A DNA stretch of 64,000 nt from Minisyncoccota bacterium (GTDB lineage: Bacteria > Patescibacteriota > Minisyncoccia > Phycocordibacterales > UBA918): positions 6,553-70,552 of the forward strand of contig JALHRC010000003.1 in NCBI GenBank assembly GCA_022841645.1, written 5' to 3'. The translations under genes and the position numbers were made by a program. Under the pieces are notes generated by a model, which saw only the letters and a program-made list of their open reading frames with translations, did not search any database and was not told where the DNA came from. Below, one piece after another: positions 58,585 to 64,000 of this stretch. Within the stretch, counting starts at the first letter, position 1; every line of letters begins with the position of its first letter.

Positions 58585-59327
58585 TCAGGTGATCTCCGCG
58601 ACGTTTCTGCTGACCTCAAGGAAACACCTGATGTGGGTAATTCCCTCGAGAAGGACGAGGGCCTGGACGCGTCGCTTTTCGGTGCCCGCTTGTCCTATTT
58701 CACCGAGCTGCCAGTTGATCTCGTTCGCGAGAGCCTGCTGTTCTGCCGGCGAGCGTGTCTGGCTGCGAGGTACCACCAAGTTCAGTCCATACTGTTCGCG
58801 GTAGTAATTATCGAGTGCTCCTGCACACACCTCTACTCGGGGCGGCAGTCGGCGAAGAAATTCGGTCCAGCCTACCGACTGATGGAGTGTGCTCAGGAAG
58901 GCTGCCCCAGCGGCTGTCGCCTCATTCTCTACGAATTCGCGGAGTGAGCCGATACCGTGATAAGCGTCGCCGACGGCCAGAAGTTCGCTTACGCAGTCGT
59001 ACACCAGGATACTGCCCTCGTCTGCCGTCCGCCGTGCCTCGTAGGCGACGCTTCGTTCCTGTCGGCTCGCCTCGAGAATCTTTTCGGAGAACCGATATTT
59101 CTCGATGAGCTCGACAAACATCCTGTTGTGGCCCCGCTTCGCCACCTCATAGAGGAGATAGTATAGTTCGTGCCCCCCATCCACGATCGAATACCCCAGA
59201 AGACTTGTATATCAGTAGGACTCACCTGTGAACTCGCGACAGCGTTAGCAAAGGCGACGGTGTCGCCAGCCAGCGCCGCTTCGATCAGATCGTGCACGTC
59301 AACGTCATGGCTCCAGTACTCGCGCAT
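58585..59327 (-). pseudogene. Hypothetical gene, apparently split by a frameshift near 59185-59212
   Basis: SD-led ORF from 59327 overlaps out of frame with the 58585-59184 ORF. Confidence 0.35.
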
Positions 59328-59434
59328 CGTTCATCTCCCAAAAGGACTGTACTAACCGGAGTATAGAAGAAGCCCGATTAAAATACAATCAGCCACCCAC
59401 AACAGGTTTTTCGGTAAGGTGGCTAACGTCAGTG

Positions 59435-60604
59435 TTACGCCACCTGGGCCACAACGGCGTTGTGTCGCTTGAGCTTTTTGATGAGGGCGTCTTCGCTTAC
59501 GTGCTCTTGGGTGCGCGCGCTCATGTCGCGCAGGATGACATTGCGCTCCACAAACTCCTTTTGCCCCACAATAATGGTGTAGCGGACGCCGCGCGCCTCG
59601 GCGTCACGCAGCTGGGTAGAGAGCGAGTCGCTCATGAGGCTGTGGGTCACCGGCACGCCGGCCTTGCGTAGGGTATCAATAAGAAGGAGGCTTCGTACCT
59701 TGGGTCCAAACCCAAGCTGTACAACATAGACCGACGGCAGCTGGTCCTTGAGCCGCGGTGGACGAGCGGGGAGGCGCGCACCGTGAAGTATCATGACCGC
59801 ACCCACACTCGGCGTGCGGCTCTTGGTAGCCCGGAAGAGGAGCTCGTTCATGCGACCGCCGCGAACAGTTAAGGGCGAGGGTTCACTGCCACTGACGTCG
59901 ATAGAAAACAACGCGTCGCTGTAGCACTCGTGGTGACCGAGCATTTTTGGATCAATTTCGTAGGGTGTTTCGCTCATGTCGAGATATTCGACGATTTCGC
60001 GGAAATGCTTGCGGCTTTGGTCGGAGAGGTACTCGAGCGGGTTGGGGCTGCGGGCCGCTAGTTCGTGCCCAGTAGCAATCAGGTGGCCAAGGGCAGAGAG
60101 CGGGTGTTCCTTCATGAGTTCGCGGGCCTCACTCGGGAGGGTATCGAGGCGGCGCTTGAGGAAGTTGCTAATTTCTCGGCCATAACGGGTGACCGATTCT
60201 TGGTCACCGAGGGAGTTGATGCGGACAAAATGTTCGTGGTGACCAAGTTCAGACAAGAGTGAGCGCGTAGCCTGAATAAGAATGGCTTCAGCAATACTTT
60301 TATCAACGTTAAAAATGGAGAAGCTTACCGCCACATCACCCTGTTCCGGGAGGTCGTGATGGTGGTAGAGAAGGACTGGCTCGGCAAGGGCGTGGAGGTT
60401 GTCGTCGCAGTAGGTAGCGACGCTATCGGAAAGAAGCGCGCCGTAGGTGTCAAAGCGCTTGCGTAGTTCCGCTACAGAATGGGGAAGAGTGATGGTGCAG
60501 TCGCGGCAGGCCGGGGATTTTTTCAGCTGCTCGGTGGTACGAAAGCCGTAGTGTTCGGCGGTTTTGGTTGCAGTCTTGAGAAAATCGGTGGGAGAGGTGG
60601 CCAT
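59435..60604 (-). CDS. Degenerate histidyl-tRNA synthetase-like protein with anticodon-binding domain
   Basis: Motifs INSLGD, LSDQSRKHFREIVEYL, GGR, C-terminal IIVGQKE; canonical motif 2 and RGLDYY not recognisable. Confidence 0.7.
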   Translation of the reverse strand: MATSPTDFLKTATKTAEHYGFRTTEQLKKSPACRDCTITLPHSVAELRKRFDTYGALLSDSVATYCDDNLHALAEPVLLYHHHDLPEQGDVAVSFSIFNVDKSIAEAILIQATRSLLSELGHHEHFVRINSLGDQESVTRYGREISNFLKRRLDTLPSEARELMKEHPLSALGHLIATGHELAARSPNPLEYLSDQSRKHFREIVEYLDMSETPYEIDPKMLGHHECYSDALFSIDVSGSEPSPLTVRGGRMNELLFRATKSRTPSVGAVMILHGARLPARPPRLKDQLPSVYVVQLGFGPKVRSLLLIDTLRKAGVPVTHSLMSDSLSTQLRDAEARGVRYTIIVGQKEFVERNVILRDMSARTQEHVSEDALIKKLKRHNAVVAQVA

Positions 60605-60620
60605 AGAGGAGATTACACGA

Positions 60621-61247
60621 TTAATCGTTCGATGCTTCGAGCCTTCCTGGCATGATGTCGATGGTACTCGGTGGGAAGAGGCGCAGGAAGGCGCGACCAA
60701 TGATGTTTTCTTGCTGGAGGACTCCCCATACACGGGAGTCAGAGCTTTGGTCACGATTGTCGCCCATCACAAAGTACTCGCGTTCCCCCAATTCTTGGAT
60801 AACGGTGGGGCCTGGCTTCATGGCGTCGACATACGGTTCGTCGAGTACGATACCAGCTACGTGATCATTATTTGCAATACTGACTGTCGCTCCTTCGATC
60901 GTGACGGTGTCGCCCGGGACGCCAATCACGCGCTTAATAAAGTACTTTGAGGGGTCGCGTGGGTAGCGAAATACGACGACATCCCCCCGCTCAGGCGAGT
61001 GGAGGTAGTAGGAAATTTGATCGACAATCAGATATTGGCCATCGTGAAAGGTGTCTTCCATCGAAGCGCCCGAGACAATGAAGGGTTGCGCAATGAAAAG
61101 GCGTATCGGCACTACAATAATGAGCGCGATAATGGAGAAGCGAATTATTTCCAGGACGGGGTGTGGCTCGGAAGAGGTGTCGATTGTTTCTGATGACGGA
61201 GAAACCGGTGTAGTAGACGATGGTGAAGAACGAGAGAAAAGATTCAT
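60621..61247 (-). CDS. lepB: Signal peptidase I
   Basis: Motifs VSGASM, FIKRVIGVPGD, YFVMGDNRDQSSDSR. Confidence 0.95.
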   Translation of the reverse strand: MNLFSRSSPSSTTPVSPSSETIDTSSEPHPVLEIIRFSIIALIIVVPIRLFIAQPFIVSGASMEDTFHDGQYLIVDQISYYLHSPERGDVVVFRYPRDPSKYFIKRVIGVPGDTVTIEGATVSIANNDHVAGIVLDEPYVDAMKPGPTVIQELGEREYFVMGDNRDQSSDSRVWGVLQQENIIGRAFLRLFPPSTIDIMPGRLEASND

Positions 61248-61383
61248 AGCACTACGTTGTATGAAGAGACTTCATTATACTCGCGTCGTCGCATTGTGAC
61301 AAACGTTTTGCCGTGGTGCACTCGAGTGCGCTACACATTTTTTTACGCGTGTGTTTCTGTGGCGTCAGTGCTATAGTTTTTCC

Positions 61384-61950
61384 ATGCATTACATCGTTGC
61401 TCTCGGAAATCCTGGTACTCGTTACGACAAGACGCGACACAATATTGGCTGGGCGCTCGCTGATCGACTGGTAGAGAGGGCACAGCTGCCTTTGCCGCAC
61501 GCTAGTAGTCGCTATCGTGGCCGACTGTGTGAAGGAGTGTACGAAGGCGCTGCTCTACAGCTGCTTTATCCTGATACATATATGAATAAAAGCGGGGAAG
61601 CCGCCGCGGCGCTCGTGCCGCGTGACCGTATAGAACAGCTTATTGTCCTACATGACGACATCGCACTCCCTTTAGGAAAGGTGCGAGTGTCGGTTGGGAG
61701 CGGGGCGGCGGGGCACAATGGGGTCGCGTCGGTGATCGATGCTCTTTCTACCACTGAGTTTACCCGCGTACGCCTGGGGGTGGGTGCCCCGCCGCCCCTA
61801 CTTCCCCTGGAACAGTACGTTCTCCAGCCTTTTTTGCCGGAGGAGGCCGAGGCAGTGGAGGCGCTCATGACACAAGGTTTTTCTGCCCTCGAACTCATTC
61901 TCACTGAAGGCGTCGAAATGGCCATGAATAAGGTTAACGGCGGCAACTAG
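61384..61950 (+). CDS. pth: Peptidyl-tRNA hydrolase
   Basis: Motifs LGNPG..TRHNIG, TYMNKSG, HDDI, GHNG. Confidence 0.95.
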   Translation: MHYIVALGNPGTRYDKTRHNIGWALADRLVERAQLPLPHASSRYRGRLCEGVYEGAALQLLYPDTYMNKSGEAAAALVPRDRIEQLIVLHDDIALPLGKVRVSVGSGAAGHNGVASVIDALSTTEFTRVRLGVGAPPPLLPLEQYVLQPFLPEEAEAVEALMTQGFSALELILTEGVEMAMNKVNGGN

Positions 61951-61959
61951 TCTGATAGT

Positions 61960-62367
61960 ATGTATTTAGTAAAAACAAAAATCGGACCTTCAGCTGCCCA
62001 TGGCGATGGCGTGTTTGTCGATGAAACGATTCTGGCAGGAGAAGTAGTGTGGCGCTTTGTCGCCGGTCATGACTGCACGCTTTCTAAGGAAGAATTTGCT
62101 GCGCTCGGTGACGACGAAAAAAAGGCGCTCTCGCACGTAGCCTACCTATCGCGCGCTACCGAGCGTTGGGTATTTCCTCCAGAAGGGGACCCAGCGCGCT
62201 TCACGAACCATAGCGATACTCCAAATTTAACGGTGGTCGTAAATTCAGCCGTCTCACCCGAGCCACTATTTGTTGCACGAATAGCGATTCCTAAAGGAGA
62301 GGAACTCACCGTTGACTACCGAACTTTCGATAGCTCGCTTGTTGAACGGAAGTTAGGTTGGCAGTAA
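61960..62367 (+). CDS. SET domain protein
   Basis: Motifs HGDGVF, RFTNHSDTPN, GEELTVDY. Confidence 0.9.
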   Translation: MYLVKTKIGPSAAHGDGVFVDETILAGEVVWRFVAGHDCTLSKEEFAALGDDEKKALSHVAYLSRATERWVFPPEGDPARFTNHSDTPNLTVVVNSAVSPEPLFVARIAIPKGEELTVDYRTFDSSLVERKLGWQ

Positions 62368-62374
62368 GCACAGA

Positions 62375-62414
62375 ACAACAGCGCCGCGCCCCCAAAGGGG
62401 CGCGGCGCTGTTGT
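62375..62414. terminator. Hairpin terminator between convergent genes
   Basis: ACAACAGCGCCGCGCCCC-caaa-GGGGCGCGGCGCTGTTGT. Confidence 0.7.
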
Positions 62415-62556
62415 GTTCACTACTGAGATGGCTCTAAAGTTAATCCAGCACTGTCACACTTATCGTTGTCGGTTCCCTCGTCCCGGTCCTCGCTCCAAGT
62501 ATCGTCGCTGCGGGGGACTCGTCCACCAACAACGACAAGTGTACGCTGGTAGAGAG

Positions 62557-63654
62557 TTATTTCTTCGGATTAGCTTCCTTGTATGAGAGGGTCATGCGCT
62601 GCTCAGCTGGCTCAAACAGCATGATCTTGAACTTATAGACGTTCCCGAGCGAAAGCGTAGCTCGCAGTGCCGCTTCGTTTTCAAAGTCAGACACATGCAC
62701 GAGACCAGCCACACCCTCTTGAATCGAGGCCAAAGCACCGTGCTTGTTGTACTTGATTACTACTGCGTCTACCAACTGTTCTTTCTTGTAGGTACGGCCA
62801 GCTTCGGTCCAAGGATTTTCTTTTAGTTGCTTGATCGAGAGGGAAATCTTGTCATCCTTGACCTCAATCACCTTCACCTTGACGCGGTCACCGACCTTAT
62901 AAAGGGCGCGAGTGTCTTCCACGAGACCCCAGTCGAGCTCAGAAATGTGCACGAGGCCCTCAAGACCTTGCTCAATTTTCACAAACACACCGAAGTCAAC
63001 CGCGCCCGTTACTTCACCTTCGACGGTCTCGCCGACTTGGTAGCGGCCCACTTTCTCTTCCTTCTCTTCCTTTTCCTGGAGACCCTTCTCCGAGAAGATA
63101 AGCTTGTGCTCCTTCTGATCAGCCGTGATCATAATGACCGAGAGATGCTTGCCGACAAGTCCACCGAGAGCGGTAAGAATCTTGTCCTTGTCGCCATCAG
63201 CTACGCGTGGGTAGTGTTCACTTGAAAGCTGGGATGCGGGGAGAAAGCCCTGGATACCCTGCCAGTCAATAATAAGACCACCCTTGTTGGCTTCCTTTAC
63301 CTCGAGACTCATCACCGTACCGCGCTTCACTGCTTCCTCAGCGTCAGCCCAGATGAGTGCCTGACGCGCCTCCTTAAGCGAAAGCTCGATGTAGCCGTCC
63401 TCGTTTTCTGGAGTTACGACCTTAGCACCGATGGTGTCGCCGACCGATACCTTGCGCAGGACGTCGCGCGCGTTCATATATTCACGGCCGTAGATGAGAC
63501 CCGTTCCAAACGGGAAGAGATCGACATAGACCCGCGCGCGGCCGATCGCCGAAACGGTACCTTCTACTAAATGGCCTTCTTTTGGTGCCTCGGGCGTTTG
63601 CTCGAGGAGCGGAGGCATGACGCCACTTTTGGCGTCAATAGTTGCTTCTGACAT
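62557..63654 (-). CDS. rpsA: 30S ribosomal protein S1 (short, about four S1 domains)
   Basis: Motifs NKGGL..GFLPASQL, DFGVFV..EGLVHISEL, ISLSIKQL. Confidence 0.88.
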   Translation of the reverse strand: MSEATIDAKSGVMPPLLEQTPEAPKEGHLVEGTVSAIGRARVYVDLFPFGTGLIYGREYMNARDVLRKVSVGDTIGAKVVTPENEDGYIELSLKEARQALIWADAEEAVKRGTVMSLEVKEANKGGLIIDWQGIQGFLPASQLSSEHYPRVADGDKDKILTALGGLVGKHLSVIMITADQKEHKLIFSEKGLQEKEEKEEKVGRYQVGETVEGEVTGAVDFGVFVKIEQGLEGLVHISELDWGLVEDTRALYKVGDRVKVKVIEVKDDKISLSIKQLKENPWTEAGRTYKKEQLVDAVVIKYNKHGALASIQEGVAGLVHVSDFENEAALRATLSLGNVYKFKIMLFEPAEQRMTLSYKEANPKK

Positions 63655-63896
63655 TGTTATTTATGATTAATTCCGACGACACGCGTCCGGACAACTGTTA
63701 CTCGTGGCCATGTCCATGAGTCCGGGGTTAACGTGTGCCGCTAGGAACTGCTAATACCTCAACGAGGTGGCAGAAATATACCAGAATGTATCAAAAAAAC
63801 AAGGATTAGGAACGAGAGTTAAAAGAGAAGAGTGAAGAGGGAAAAGAGAAACAGGAAGAGGAAACAAAAACGCCACCGACTCGCGGGGAGGGGTGG

Positions 63897-63944
63897 AAAA
63901 AAAGAAAACTCGCCGGTATGCCAACTGGGCAAATACCGGCGAGT
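63897..63944 (-). terminator. Terminator of an upstream minus-strand gene
   Basis: ACTCGCCGGTAT...ATACCGGCGAGT stem followed by a T tract on the minus strand. Confidence 0.6.
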
Positions 63945-64000
63945 GGAGCTTGGAAGAGGATCAGGTTTGGCTACGTGTAGCTCCACCATCACAGTCTCCC

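Overview
Chromosomal window of a small-genome bacterium, most likely Patescibacteria/CPR (Parcubacteria-like). This is inferred from the short S1, CPR-type bS21, degenerate HisS paralog, ValRS without its C-terminal coiled coil and many apparently leaderless genes. Core genes are rlmB, mgtE, rnpB, murJ, lepA, valS, tsaD, trxB, ftsZ, ftsA, ybeY, rpsU, lepB, pth and rpsA, plus five tRNAs (Arg-CCT, Phe-GAA, Val-GAC, Ser-CGA, Glu-TTC). An accessory region between tRNA-Val and tRNA-Ser carries an IS481-family element, a tandem GT2 glycosyltransferase, a YcaO enzyme, a beta-propeller, a TPR protein and a family of module-shuffled Cys/Trp-rich exported proteins. The most unusual signal is non-coding. 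A family of small structured elements sits just behind the 3' ends of tRNA-Val, tRNA-Ser, tRNA-Glu, lepA, valS and ftsZ. Most carry a copy of their own host gene's 3' end; the tRNA-linked ones also carry an inverted copy split by a fixed 25-nt hairpin, and all share a conserved C-GNA-G triloop. At ftsZ the duplicated end encodes the identical last 12 residues with 10 of 13 codons synonymously changed. The RNase P RNA is also inflated by four ~100-nt hairpins built from two repeated terminal stems. All calls come from reading the sequence; no database searches were run, so novelty is unverified.
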